From an uncultured delta proteobacterium (GTDB lineage: Bacteria > Desulfobacterota > RBG-13-43-22), in assembly GCA_963743305.1 (NCBI GenBank), contig CAVUPH010000039.1, positions 52,913-116,912 of the forward strand: a DNA stretch of 64,000 nt, written 5' to 3'. This document shows positions 30,044 through 40,332 of the stretch, one piece after another (within the stretch, counting starts at the first letter, position 1; every line of letters starts with the position of its first letter). Made by a program: the position numbers and the translations under genes. The notes beneath the pieces were generated by a model that saw only the letters and a program-made list of their open reading frames with translations, was not told where the DNA came from and did no database searches.

Positions 30044-30285
30044 GATAAGAGAACATCGAGATAGTCGGTTTTATTATGAGACCGTTAATAATCCCCTCGG
30101 CTTTAAAATTATCTTCTCAAAACAAAATGATCCGCGTGGAAGCGTGAAGGAGGTGAGGCTTTTCGCGAGACGAACCCAACGAGTAAGACAGGTTTTCCTG
30201 TCCAAGGACACTAAATTGTTTACGGGAACGTATAGTAGAACAGACAACATTCTAAAATCTAACAAAAATTTGAAAGGAAAATAAG

Positions 30286-32124
30286 ATGAAAAGAATACTT
30301 TGTTCCAAAACATTGTTGGCCCTGCTGCTCGCGATTTTCATCGCGGCAGGGTCGGCATCCGGAGAACCCTGGAAATTCGGCGTCATCTCGGACACCCAGT
30401 GGACCATAAAAGACGACGGCAAGAACCCTAATACCTGCGCCGCCGACATCATTAAGCAGGTAGATCAGCAGTTCATCGCCGAGGGTGTTAAACTCGTTGT
30501 CCACGTCGGCGACATGGTGAACACAGGCAGCCAAGTCAATGACTACGTACGGGCGCTCTATGCCCAGGACCTGTACAATGCGGGCATCGGCTTTTACCCG
30601 CTGCGCGGCAACCACGAGGCAGCCAACGGAATCTATACGGGCTCAGGTGAAGACTATACGTATGCCTACCCGCAGATCGTGCCTGGCCCCAACGCCGGTT
30701 TTAATAATAACACCCCGGACAGCATCACGACAGCCCTCATCCCCATCGACGACCTAAACCCCGACACCGGCAATCCCCCGGAGGACAAGACCAAACATAA
30801 AATCTTCAAAGTGGGCGGTAAATTCTCCGCACCAGACAGCGTCAATACTTACACCGGCGGAGTGTCGTACGCCTTCGACTACAAAAACGTGACCTTCATG
30901 CTGCTCGACCAGTTCAAATCTCCCGATTACTACACCAGCTACATCCCGGATCAGCAGGCCTGGATCGAAAGCACCCTCTCCAGCCGTCCGGCCAACACCC
31001 ACGCTTTCGCCTTCACCCACAAGAATATCCTGGGCGGCAACCACAAGGACAATATGTTCGGTGGTCCCGCCAGCGGCAACGATCCGGGGGACGGCTACGG
31101 GATTGACCCCAGCACCCCGATTTCTACTACCCCGGGGCTTACTGTTGGTGGCAAGCAGTCCGCCATGAAGACCTTCCTTGACTCGATGCAGACCAACAAA
31201 GTCAAGTACGTGATCTCAGGCCATGATCACCATCACTATAACTCCGTAGTCACCAGCCTCGATCAACAGAGCAAAGTCCATCAGCTCATCACCGCTTCCG
31301 ATAGCTCCAAGTTTTACACGCCTGGCACTCCCGTCTCACCCAATGACGCGCCGATTGAGCAGGATCTGGCCCGTATCGGATATTACATCTTCACCGTGGA
31401 CGGCCCGCGCGTGACCATCGACTACTATGCCGACGACCATGGCAATTGGCAGTCGGACTCTAAATTCCCCAATAACAACGTAGACCTCATCAACTTCCCC
31501 CTCGGGACCACCCCTACTCTCAACTTCGTCAAGCGGTCCACCACGGGCTACAGCTTGAACGGTATAGAGAACCTCGTTGCTCAAGGCGCGTCCTATGCCA
31601 TGACCGACGACACCGACGTTGCCGCCCATATGGAACGCGGGTATGTCGGTACCTCCATGGCCATCCTCGACGGCATTAACGGAAGCACGGCCACGACCAA
31701 TTACGGCAAAGCGACCGAAAAAGCCGTCAACACCGGCTGGGCGCCTAAGAATAACGGCACCCGGAAGTGCTCTGATGATCCCGAAAGCGATATTCTGACC
31801 CTCTGGGGCATGGCCGACCTCGGCACCGAGCAGGCCGATACCTTTGTCCTCTCCATGAGCTACGATCATCACCGCTTGCTCCCGGTTCAATTCGGACACG
31901 GCTTGTTAGGCCTGGCCACCCCGGATGAGAAAGGCAACTGGGTCAACGCCGTTGATATGAATTTTGGTGACGGCAGCGTCAAAAAATTTGTCCTCGGCCC
32001 CTACAACTCGAGCTATGGTCTCGGCACCTATGGTATCGACCTAAAAAAACACACGGCCTGGGCGGTCATTAACTACGATGGCGATTTCGCCGTAGCCGGT
32101 TTTAGACATTTCGGAAAAAGATAA
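30286..32124 (+). CDS. Secreted calcineurin-like metallophosphoesterase with C-terminal accessory domain
   Basis: Signal peptide; SDTQ, HVGD, RGNHE, FTH and SGHDHHH motifs; clear paralogue of 28135-29466. Confidence 0.85.
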   Translation: MKRILCSKTLLALLLAIFIAAGSASGEPWKFGVISDTQWTIKDDGKNPNTCAADIIKQVDQQFIAEGVKLVVHVGDMVNTGSQVNDYVRALYAQDLYNAGIGFYPLRGNHEAANGIYTGSGEDYTYAYPQIVPGPNAGFNNNTPDSITTALIPIDDLNPDTGNPPEDKTKHKIFKVGGKFSAPDSVNTYTGGVSYAFDYKNVTFMLLDQFKSPDYYTSYIPDQQAWIESTLSSRPANTHAFAFTHKNILGGNHKDNMFGGPASGNDPGDGYGIDPSTPISTTPGLTVGGKQSAMKTFLDSMQTNKVKYVISGHDHHHYNSVVTSLDQQSKVHQLITASDSSKFYTPGTPVSPNDAPIEQDLARIGYYIFTVDGPRVTIDYYADDHGNWQSDSKFPNNNVDLINFPLGTTPTLNFVKRSTTGYSLNGIENLVAQGASYAMTDDTDVAAHMERGYVGTSMAILDGINGSTATTNYGKATEKAVNTGWAPKNNGTRKCSDDPESDILTLWGMADLGTEQADTFVLSMSYDHHRLLPVQFGHGLLGLATPDEKGNWVNAVDMNFGDGSVKKFVLGPYNSSYGLGTYGIDLKKHTAWAVINYDGDFAVAGFRHFGKR

Positions 32125-32167
32125 TCCGGCCAGGATGGATTGACAGAGATAGCATTCAAAAGTCGGT

Positions 32168-32209
32168 AAATTGAAGAAACCCGCGGGATCCGTGGGTTTC
32201 TTCAATTTT
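32168..32209. terminator. Bidirectional Rho-independent terminator
   Basis: AAATTGAAGAAACCCGCGG...CCGTGGGTTTCTTCAATTT. Confidence 0.75.
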
Positions 32210-32527
32210 AATACGCGCCTCAGCCGGTAGAGCAAGGGTTTTACCGGATTGATTCGATTGAGGCGGACCGCCTCCTGCTGGAGCTGGGAAATGCCAACCC
32301 TTCTGGGAGGAACCCGCCAAATTCGCAAGCGCCATCCTTCCTCCTACCCAGCGCCGCTGCATCGGGGAGGGTGAAGACTACGGGTGCGTATATAAACGGA
32401 CCGTTTTCTTTCTTTCCCTTCTCTTTGACTTTACCGCTTTAGGGATCTATAATTCCCCGAATTCAACATTGCCCTTGCTTGGGTGGTTAGTATGTAAATA
32501 AGGTTCGGTGGCTATCCCAGCTCTTTC

Positions 32528-32620
32528 AAATCCCCCTAAATCCCCCTTTTGTAAAGGGGGACTTTGACTCCCGCCTTTGAAAAAGGGGGGTCGGGGGGGA
32601 TTTACGTGCTTCGCGGGTAC
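32528..32620. repeat. AAATCCCCC...GGGGGATTT palindromic repeat
   Basis: CCCCCTTTTGTAAAGGGGG and CCCGCCTTTGAAAAAGGGGGG hairpins within outer inverted arms, followed by the shared GCTTCGCGGGTA motif. Confidence 0.65.
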
Positions 32621-32676
32621 CCCCCCCGGTAGACTTGCTTTTAAAGATGAGATTGTGGAAAACAGGAGGCTCCAAA

Positions 32677-33027
32677 ATGATCGAGCAATGGCTGGCTGAG
32701 GTGAAGAAAAAAGCGGATCCCGAGGGCCTGGGCATGATCCTGGTCCATAACGGGATCGTTCGGGCTACCTCCAAACAGGGCCATCCGGTGCGCGGGATGA
32801 ACCTTTCCTATGATGAGGAGAAGCTCAAAACCGTCGTCGCCGAACAAAAGAAGAATGACGGCATCTTGGATATCAAGGTCTGGATCAACCGGGGAGACCT
32901 GAAGGTGGGGGACGACATCATGCTGCTCCTGGTGGCCGGGCGCTTTCGAACAGACGTGCTCCCGGTTTTTGAATCGCTGCTATCTGCCATCAAACAGGAA
33001 ATTGTCAGCGAGCGGGAGATTGCCTGA
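32677..33027 (+). CDS. moaE: Molybdopterin synthase catalytic subunit MoaE-like protein
   Basis: GMILVHNGIVR, G.LKVGDDIM.L.VAG.FR and K.EIV.E.E motifs; RBS AGGAGG. Confidence 0.75.
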   Translation: MIEQWLAEVKKKADPEGLGMILVHNGIVRATSKQGHPVRGMNLSYDEEKLKTVVAEQKKNDGILDIKVWINRGDLKVGDDIMLLLVAGRFRTDVLPVFESLLSAIKQEIVSEREIA

Positions 33028-33094
33028 GAATAGGGCTTGACCACCCTTTCAGACAACGGGCCAAGCGTTAAACCAGGACCAAAGACAAAAGACG

Positions 33095-33312
33095 ATCTCT
33101 CGCAGAGCGCCAGAGATCGCAGAGAACGTATAATTTTTGATTGCCGCGCCCGCCTTAGTCGGGGCGGCAATCAAAAAAATCTCCCGCTTCGCGGATAAAA
33201 CCCCGCCGGAGGCTTGATTTCTTTTGAAAAATCGGCTTCTTCGCGATTTTTTAAAAAATAACTTGGTCTTTCTCTGCGCCCTCGGCGAACTCGAGCGAAG
33301 CGGGCGAGAGAT
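33095..33312. repeat. TCTCGCAGAG...GCGAGAGA palindromic element with internal hairpin
   Basis: Outer arms CTCTCGCAGAGCGCCAGAG / CTCTGCGCCCTC...GGGCGAGAG; inner TTTTTGATTGCCGC...GCGGCAATCAAAAA. Confidence 0.55.
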
Positions 33313-33460
33313 AAAAAGAACGCCCCGTGTAATCGAATTTTTATTTGCCGGTCATCCTCCCGCCACATTCTTCCTCTATCGTATTCTCAGAATCTGGGTA
33401 CCGCGGTGATCCGGACATAATCCACTTCGTGAATTGAAAAAAGGCTTCAGGAGGAAAGCG

Positions 33461-33731
33461 ATGGAAAAGAAACATTTTTGATCCGAAAAGGATCGGTATG
33501 GTCTTTTGCCCTCGTTGTTACGGCCAAGGCTATATAGAAGATCCGAGGCTTCAATGTTGTCCGGTGTGCCAAGGGTTTGGGTTGATCAAGAACGCTCCTC
33601 CTGTCGATCCCCATAGTCCTTTCGCCCCGGCTCGGACTGGATTCCCACCAATTCTCCGGGATAAGGGTATCCGTCTTATTTTACTTGTAATTCCTCGCCG
33701 GGTACCCTTCCTAGGTCTACGTCCCTCTTGA
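33461..33731 (+). CDS. Small CxxC...CxxC (DnaJ-zinc-finger-like) protein, 5' frameshifted
   Basis: RBS AGGAGG and ATG at 33461; CPRCYGQG...CPVCQGFG. Confidence 0.35.
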
Positions 33732-33987
33732 TATAGGCCTCAAAATTTTTTTTGACCGGGGCGTATCGTTCCTCCATTAAAGGACCTGATTTCAATCTCA
33801 AAATCCGGAAATCGATTTTTTCCTCCCCCAACTTCTTTTGGAGCGCCTCCTCGACCAACCTGCCCGTCGTTCCGGTGCAGACGAGCTTGTGCTTTATTAA
33901 GGAACGGTAATTGTATTCAAACCATTCGATCAAATCCTTTTTGCGGTTGTCATGCGCCACCAGCGCGATATTCTTGATCTTCTCCAT
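33676..33987 (-). pseudogene. mgsA: Methylglyoxal synthase with in-frame internal deletion
   Basis: IALVAHDNRKKDL...TGTTG...LKSGPL is fused directly to the C-terminal MEERY...; the GGDQQ...DP...HD catalytic segment is absent. Confidence 0.8.
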
Positions 33988-34031
33988 GGAATCTCCTTCG
34001 CTGCAAGTCTTTTAACAAAACCATCAAGAAA

Positions 34032-34175
34032 GACGGGCTCGCAAGAAGTCTCCAAGGTGGTCATTGCGAGGAGAGAAGCGACGAAGCAATCCCCCATAAT
34101 CAGCTAATTGCCAAGGTGGGGGATTGCTTCGCCTCGCTCGCAATGACGAGCTTTTCGACTCTTTGTGAGGTCATC
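34032..34175. repeat. Nested palindromic element (same family as 13459-13618)
   Basis: GACGGGCTCGCAAGAAGTC / GACTCTTTGTGAGGTCATC arms around GTCATTGCGAGG...CTCGCAATGAC; the inner spacer resembles the reverse complement of the 13.5-kb copy. Confidence 0.75.
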
Positions 34176-34434
34176 AAGACTTGGGTCTTGTCTTATCTAG
34201 GATAACCAGGCCATGTTACCGTTTGAAGGCGGATTTCAAGCGGTTTGATATAGAACAGCCTATGGGGGATTGCTTAGTCGTTTAACTCCTCGCCATGATA
34301 GACTAAAAGATTTTTTTGAGAGGTATCCGGTTTTAAGAAGAGGAGAAATCTTTGTTCAGCAGGACCCTTCCCCAATACATTCTTTTTTGGTAATATATAA
34401 TTTGCAATATAATAGAATCTCAAGGAGATCATTG

Positions 34435-35793
34435 ATGAGACTGCTGATCATTGGCGGGAGCGATGCCGGGATAAGCGCGGCTATCCGGGCCCGGGAATTG
34501 GATCCATCTATTTCAGTCGGGGTAGTACTCCGCGATGCCTATCCCAACTACAGCATTTGCGGCATCCCTTTCTTTATCAGCGGCGAAACGGCCGATTGGA
34601 CGAATCTGGCCCACCGGTCTCTGGGGGAGCTAGAGGAAACCGGTATCGAGATTAGAAGGAACACCCAGGCCCTGCGACTGAACCCGGAATCCAAAGAAGT
34701 ACTCGTAGGCGATTCGTCCGGCCGTTCGGAATCGATGAAATACGATCGATTGATCTTGGCTACCGGCGCCCAACCCGTCGTCCCTTCCCTGGAAGGATTG
34801 AGTCAACCCGGAGTTTTCCAAATGCGCTGGATGGAGGACGCCCTGGCCCTGGCCCGCTTTATTGACCAAAGAAAGCCCCGTCGGGCGGCCATTGTCGGCG
34901 CGGGGTATATCGGTCTCGAAATGGCCGATGCCTTGAGCAAGTTGGGGATTGAAGTTAACCTGATCCAACGTTCCTCGCAGGTCTTGAAAACACTGGACCC
35001 GGAGTTGGGTGGATCGGTCAAGAGTGAATTGGAGCGGCACGGGGTTCGTGTTTTGACCGGCCGACCCCCGGAAAGCATTCGGAGAAACGGCGATACATTG
35101 CGGGTTCTGGGACCGGAGGGCTTGGCCGTCGAAGCGGACCTGGTGCTGGTGGTGACGGGCGTCCGGCCGCAAGCCGCCCTGGCAGCGGATTCCGGTGCCG
35201 CCACCGGAATCCAAAACGCTATAAAGGTTAACCGCCGGATGCGGACCAGCCTGACCGATGTCTTTGCCGCCGGAGATTGCGTCGAAACCTGGCATCGTCT
35301 TTTGGAGACCTTTGTTTATCTGCCCCTGGGTACCACTGCCCACAAACAGGGAAGGGTAGCCGGTGAGAATGCCGCGGGCGGGCAGGCGCTGTTTGCCGGC
35401 AGTCTGGGGACCCAGGTCGTCAAGGTTTTTGACCTGGTGGCCGCCCGGACCGGTCTCCTGAACCGGGAGGCCCTGGAGGCCGGTTTCCAACCGCTTTCAA
35501 TAAAAAAAGAGCTCTGGGACCACAAGGCCTATTATCCCGGTGCCAAAAAACTGATCGTCCATCTGACCGGGGACCAGGAAAGCGGACGATTGCTGGGGGC
35601 CCAAATTTTGGGGCCTTATGGGGCCGAGATTTCAAAACGGATCGATATCCTGGCCGCGGGGCTCTATGCCGGCCTAAACGTCCAGGATCTGCCGGAGATG
35701 GATCTCAGTTATACGCCGCCCCTATCAAGCCCCTGGGATCCGGTCCAAATGGCCGCTCTATCCTGGCTGGATGAAAAGGCCAGGATACAATAA
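34435..35793 (+). CDS. CoA-disulfide reductase / NADH oxidase family flavoprotein
   Basis: IIGGSDAG, YSICGIP (single active Cys), ATGA, GAGYIGLE, FAAGDC and YTPPLSSPWDP. Confidence 0.88.
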   Translation: MRLLIIGGSDAGISAAIRARELDPSISVGVVLRDAYPNYSICGIPFFISGETADWTNLAHRSLGELEETGIEIRRNTQALRLNPESKEVLVGDSSGRSESMKYDRLILATGAQPVVPSLEGLSQPGVFQMRWMEDALALARFIDQRKPRRAAIVGAGYIGLEMADALSKLGIEVNLIQRSSQVLKTLDPELGGSVKSELERHGVRVLTGRPPESIRRNGDTLRVLGPEGLAVEADLVLVVTGVRPQAALAADSGAATGIQNAIKVNRRMRTSLTDVFAAGDCVETWHRLLETFVYLPLGTTAHKQGRVAGENAAGGQALFAGSLGTQVVKVFDLVAARTGLLNREALEAGFQPLSIKKELWDHKAYYPGAKKLIVHLTGDQESGRLLGAQILGPYGAEISKRIDILAAGLYAGLNVQDLPEMDLSYTPPLSSPWDPVQMAALSWLDEKARIQ

Positions 35794-35824
35794 TGGTTTG
35801 GTTTTTATAGAAAAGGGGGATTGT

Positions 35825-37024
35825 TTACGCTTTCAGCAACGGGGCCTTGTCGGTCAGTTCCCAGGGTAGCCCGATGTCCATGCGGCCCACATGTCCGTAA
35901 GCCGCCAGCTTGCGGTAAAAGCCGCCCTTGACCACGGCCGGCTGGTAGCGGAGGTTGAATTGTTTGATGATCCCGGCCAGACGGAAATCAAAATGGTTCT
36001 TGATCAGCCCGGAAATTTCTTTGTCCGGAATGGTGCCGGTGCCGAAGGTCTCCACCTCGATGCTGGCCGGTCGCGGGAGACCGATGGTATAGGTGAGCTG
36101 CACTTCACACTCCCGGGCCAGGCCGGCGGCCACCACGTTTTTGGCCGCGTAGCGGGCCGCGTAGGCCCCGATACGGTCGATTCGCAAGGGATCCTTGCCG
36201 CTCAGAGCCGCGCCGCTATGCCGGGCGTATTCCCCGTAGGTGTCGATGGCCGTCTTCCGGCCGGTCAACCCGGAATGGACAGCCGGTCCGCCGATCAGGA
36301 AAGGCCCGTCGGGATTGATGAAAATGCGGGTTCGGTCGTCCGGCTGGATCTCTTCGTCATGAAAAATCTGGTCCACCACCACTTCCCGGATATCGTCGGT
36401 CAACTTTTTCAAATCGGGCCCTCCGGCCTGGGGCGACATTTTCTGGCTGGCAATCACGGTCACACTGTGAATACGGGAGGGGTGCCCGCCACGGTATTCC
36501 ACGCCCACCTGGGTCTTGCCGTCCGGAGACAGGTAGGGCAGCACTTTTTGCAGACGGGCCGACGTCAGTTTCCTGGCCAGTTTATGGGCCAGCCACAGGG
36601 GCAGAGGGATCAGGGCCGCGGTCTGATTACAGGCGAAACCAAAAATGTTCACCTGGTTCTTGATCAGGATGCGGTCCATCTCCTCTTCCGAAATAGTGGC
36701 CTCATTAAAAAAAGTCTGGTCTTTGGGCGGCAGCTCCTTCAGGCTGGTGATGATGCTGCAGGTCTTGGCGTTGAAGGCCTGGTGCTCATAACCGATCAGG
36801 TTCAAGACCTTCCGGGCCACCCCGGGGAAATCCACCGTGGCGCTGGATTCGAACCGGGCGGCGATAAACAGGATGGCCGTGGCCACGGCGCATTCGGCGA
36901 TTACCCGGGAAAAAGGATCCTGCTGCAGAAAATGGTCCACAATGGCATCGCTGATCTGGTCGCAGAGTTTGTCGGGATGCCCTTCGGTGACCGACTCGGA
37001 CATAAAGACAAAATCCTCTTTCAT
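35825..37024 (-). CDS. Divergent methionine adenosyltransferase (MetK) paralogue
   Basis: SESVTEGHPDK, DGKTQV, GLTGRK, SGKD and AAYGH are retained. GAGDQG reads LIKNQV, GGPxGD reads GGPAVH and KVDR reads RIDR. Confidence 0.85.
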   Translation of the reverse strand: MKEDFVFMSESVTEGHPDKLCDQISDAIVDHFLQQDPFSRVIAECAVATAILFIAARFESSATVDFPGVARKVLNLIGYEHQAFNAKTCSIITSLKELPPKDQTFFNEATISEEEMDRILIKNQVNIFGFACNQTAALIPLPLWLAHKLARKLTSARLQKVLPYLSPDGKTQVGVEYRGGHPSRIHSVTVIASQKMSPQAGGPDLKKLTDDIREVVVDQIFHDEEIQPDDRTRIFINPDGPFLIGGPAVHSGLTGRKTAIDTYGEYARHSGAALSGKDPLRIDRIGAYAARYAAKNVVAAGLARECEVQLTYTIGLPRPASIEVETFGTGTIPDKEISGLIKNHFDFRLAGIIKQFNLRYQPAVVKGGFYRKLAAYGHVGRMDIGLPWELTDKAPLLKA

Positions 37025-37119
37025 GGGGTCTCCTTATTCATCTTATGCTGTCTATACCATTATTCTTAGGGTGATCTTATTGCACACTTTAGAATCGGAA
37101 CTTCTCTGCCGCGTTTTTT

Positions 37120-40100
37120 TCAGCCAAAAATTGATTGATTTTTGGCTGTTTCGTTGATCAGCAGGGGGGCCACGGCCGTCCCGCCGATGACCAGCCCGTC
37201 GATGAGCCCGACCGGCGAAAGCTGCATAAGGGACCGCAACCCGGGCACGAACAGGGTCGAGATCTGCAACAGCACGGAAGCGGCCAGGGCCTGGGTCAAC
37301 AAACGGTTGGGCGGCAGCTTTTCCTTGGAAAAGATACTGATATGGTCGGACCGGCAACTGAAGGCATGGAGCAACTGGCCGATGCTCAGGCTCATGAACG
37401 CCAGGGTATTGGCCTGGGGACCCCGGCCGTAGCGGACCAAGCCGTACCCGTAGGCCGACAGGGCACCGGCGGACAGCACCCCGGATTCGATCATGATCTT
37501 TTTAAAATCCTGCCGGCGGATGATCGGCTCTTTCGGGTCCCGGGGCGGTTTGGTAAGCACATCCGGCTCCGGCAGTTCCATGGCCAGGGCCAATCCGGGG
37601 AAGATGTCCGAGATCAGGTTGATCCAGAGAAGCTGCATGGCGTTCAGCGGCTCGCCCAGGCCGACCGCCAGCGAGCTGAAAACTACGATGATTTCGCTCA
37701 TGTTGGTAGCCAGCAGGAAATGAATGGCCTTGCGGATATTGTTGTAGATGGTCCGGCCCTGCTTGACGGCGATGATCATGGTTTCGAGGCGGTCATCTTC
37801 CAGCACCACGTCGGCCACCTCGCGGGCCACGTCGGTCCCGGATCTTCCCATGGCCACCCCGATGTCGGCCACTTTCAGGGCCGGTCCGTCATTGATCCCG
37901 TCCCCGGTCATGGCCACCACCCGGCCGGCCCGCTGCAGGGCCTGGACGATTTGCAACTTGTGGGCCGGGCTGACCCGGGCAAAGACCTGGACCTTTTCCG
38001 CCAGGGCCTCCAGCAAGTCCGGTTGCAGACTGTCCAGGTTGCTGGAATCCAGGATCTCCAGGTCCTCGTTGCGGTTCAGAGTCAGTGACCGGCCGATGGC
38101 GTAGGCGGTGGCCGACTGGTCGCCGGTGATCATGACCGTATCGATGCCCGCCGTGTGGAACTGGCCGATCAACTCCTTCACCCCTTCCCGGACCGGATCG
38201 CCCATGCCGACCAGGCCGAGCCAGGTCAGGCCGCCGACCGCATCGGGGTCTTCCAGAAGATCCGCCCCGTCCGACAGCAGCGCGTACCCCACGGCCAGAA
38301 CCCGCATGCCTTTTCCGGCCAGGCGCTCATTCTCCATTTCCAGTTCCAGACGGTCCTCTTCCGTGAGCGGTAATCGCTCCCCGTCACGCATCCAGAAATC
38401 GCAAAGGGCTACGACCTCCTGGGGGTTCCCCTTGACCGCCGCTACCCGTTGCCCTTCCTCGGCGGTCCGGTGCAGGGTGATCATGTAGTTTCGGGTTTCC
38501 GTACGCAGGGCCGTTTTTTCAACCGGGAACTGTTCCCGGAGACTCTGAATGTTGACACCGGCCGTCAAGGCCAGGTGAATGAAGGCGTTCTCCGTGGAAG
38601 ATCCGCTGACCAGCACATTACCGTCCTGGAAGACCGCGAGCCCCTTGCCCTGGACTTCACGAGTTTTTTGCTGGTACACGTCGGCGTCGGGGATGAGGGA
38701 GCTGACTTCGCTTTCATTGCAGAGGACTGAAATATGGATGAGCTGAAGCAACTCCGGCCGGATGTAAGGATTGACGACTTCTTCCCCCTGCTTGAACTGA
38801 TCTTTTTCCAGGTGGATGCGCCGCATCCCCACATTGAGCATGACCACGGACATCCGGTTCAGCGTCAGGGTCCCGGTCTTGTCCATGCAGATGGTCTGGA
38901 CCGACCCCAGGGTTTCCACGGCTTCCAGATGCCGGATGAGGACATTGTATTTGCGCATGCGCCGCAAGCCCAGGCCCAACGTGGTGGTGGCCACGGTGGG
39001 CAAGCCTTCCGGGACGGCCGCCACGGCCAGGGAAATGGAGCTCTTCAGCATTTGGAGAAATCCGTAACCCCGAAGAAGGCCGATGACGAACACCAGACCG
39101 CAGACCGCCCCGGAAATCAAGACCAATTGACTGCCCATGGTATCGAGCTGCCGTTCCATGGGGGTTTCCGGGGTCTGGGATTCCCCCATCAGGGTCTGGA
39201 TCCGGCCGATTTCGGTAAACCGGCCGGTGCCCACCACCAGAGCCAATCCCTGCCCCCCGGTCACCAGGGTGCCCATATAGGTCATGTTGGTCCGATCCGC
39301 CAGCGCCACCTCCATCTGCAGCGACGCCCCGTCGGACGCCTGCCCAAAGACCACCAGGGTCTCCGAGGTTTTGGAGACCGGCAGGCTCTCCCCGGTCAAC
39401 GCGGATTCATCGATGGTCAGGTTATGGGCCTCGATCAGCCGGGCATCGGCGGTTATATATGTACCCGGACGCAGCACCAGGATATCCCCCGGGACCACCT
39501 CTTCGGCCCTGATTTCTTCGGCCTTCCCGTCCCGGACTACAAGGGCGTGGGGCCGCACCAGGGTCTTCAGAGAGTGAATGGTCTTCTCGGACTGGCTTTC
39601 GGTGACATAGCCGATGACGGCATTGATCAACACCACCGAGGCGATGACCACGGCATCGGCGATCCCGGCCGTGGCCACGGAAATACCGGCCGCCACCCCC
39701 AGCAAGGCTACCGGGAGAGATTTGAACTGGTCGATGAAGATGCTGAAGCCCGAGCGGGGTACCGACTCGGGCAGGACATTGGGGCCGAATTTTTTCAGGC
39801 GGGAAAGGGACTCCGACTGGGGCAACCCCAGAGCGGAATGGGAGCCGAGCTGTTCCAGCAGATCATGGGCCGCCAGGAAATGCCAGGGTTGGGCCGTCTG
39901 CTCTTCGGAATGGACGACCAGATTCCGGACCTTCCGACGGCTGGAGGCGGTTTTTTGACCGAAAACAGGGGCCAGGGGATGGCGGGATTTCGCCTCGGCC
40001 GATTCCGTCCGGCGGTTTCCAGACTGTCTTTCCGGAAAAAAATGGGGATAAAGGCCGGCCTTTCTTTCCCGGCCTTCCTTTATCCCGTTGTTTGGCTGAA

Positions 40101-40326
40101 AATTAAGGACCAGTGTTCGAAGCAGCGCTCCCAGATCCTCCGGGGTCCGATGACCGTTGAACCGGATGAGTACATGGCCGGTCAGAATATTGGCGGAAAA
40201 AGAATATACTTCCCCGTCTTGGTTCAATTGATTGGCCAGATACTGCTTCAATTCCTCCGAACGGTAAAGGCCCTGGACCCGGTACCGGGCTCGGCCCCGG
40301 ACCACCGTATGGATGGCTTCAACCAC
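37120..40326 (-). CDS. P2A-type (Ca2+/cation) P-type ATPase with N-terminal HMA2-like domain
   Basis: VEAIHTVVRGRARY...ANILTGHVLI (HMA2-like); TGES, VPEGL, DKTGT, KGNP, MITGD and GDGINDGPAL; M5 TNMSE and M6 WINLISD. Confidence 0.9.
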   Translation of the reverse strand: MVEAIHTVVRGRARYRVQGLYRSEELKQYLANQLNQDGEVYSFSANILTGHVLIRFNGHRTPEDLGALLRTLVLNFQPNNGIKEGRERKAGLYPHFFPERQSGNRRTESAEAKSRHPLAPVFGQKTASSRRKVRNLVVHSEEQTAQPWHFLAAHDLLEQLGSHSALGLPQSESLSRLKKFGPNVLPESVPRSGFSIFIDQFKSLPVALLGVAAGISVATAGIADAVVIASVVLINAVIGYVTESQSEKTIHSLKTLVRPHALVVRDGKAEEIRAEEVVPGDILVLRPGTYITADARLIEAHNLTIDESALTGESLPVSKTSETLVVFGQASDGASLQMEVALADRTNMTYMGTLVTGGQGLALVVGTGRFTEIGRIQTLMGESQTPETPMERQLDTMGSQLVLISGAVCGLVFVIGLLRGYGFLQMLKSSISLAVAAVPEGLPTVATTTLGLGLRRMRKYNVLIRHLEAVETLGSVQTICMDKTGTLTLNRMSVVMLNVGMRRIHLEKDQFKQGEEVVNPYIRPELLQLIHISVLCNESEVSSLIPDADVYQQKTREVQGKGLAVFQDGNVLVSGSSTENAFIHLALTAGVNIQSLREQFPVEKTALRTETRNYMITLHRTAEEGQRVAAVKGNPQEVVALCDFWMRDGERLPLTEEDRLELEMENERLAGKGMRVLAVGYALLSDGADLLEDPDAVGGLTWLGLVGMGDPVREGVKELIGQFHTAGIDTVMITGDQSATAYAIGRSLTLNRNEDLEILDSSNLDSLQPDLLEALAEKVQVFARVSPAHKLQIVQALQRAGRVVAMTGDGINDGPALKVADIGVAMGRSGTDVAREVADVVLEDDRLETMIIAVKQGRTIYNNIRKAIHFLLATNMSEIIVVFSSLAVGLGEPLNAMQLLWINLISDIFPGLALAMELPEPDVLTKPPRDPKEPIIRRQDFKKIMIESGVLSAGALSAYGYGLVRYGRGPQANTLAFMSLSIGQLLHAFSCRSDHISIFSKEKLPPNRLLTQALAASVLLQISTLFVPGLRSLMQLSPVGLIDGLVIGGTAVAPLLINETAKNQSIFG

Positions 40327-40332
40327 GTGCGG

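Noticed and set aside
30200-30285. Pho box upstream of the long metallophosphoesterase
   Set aside because: Candidate pentamers (GACAC/TTTAC) are 12 bp apart rather than 11; too weak to call.
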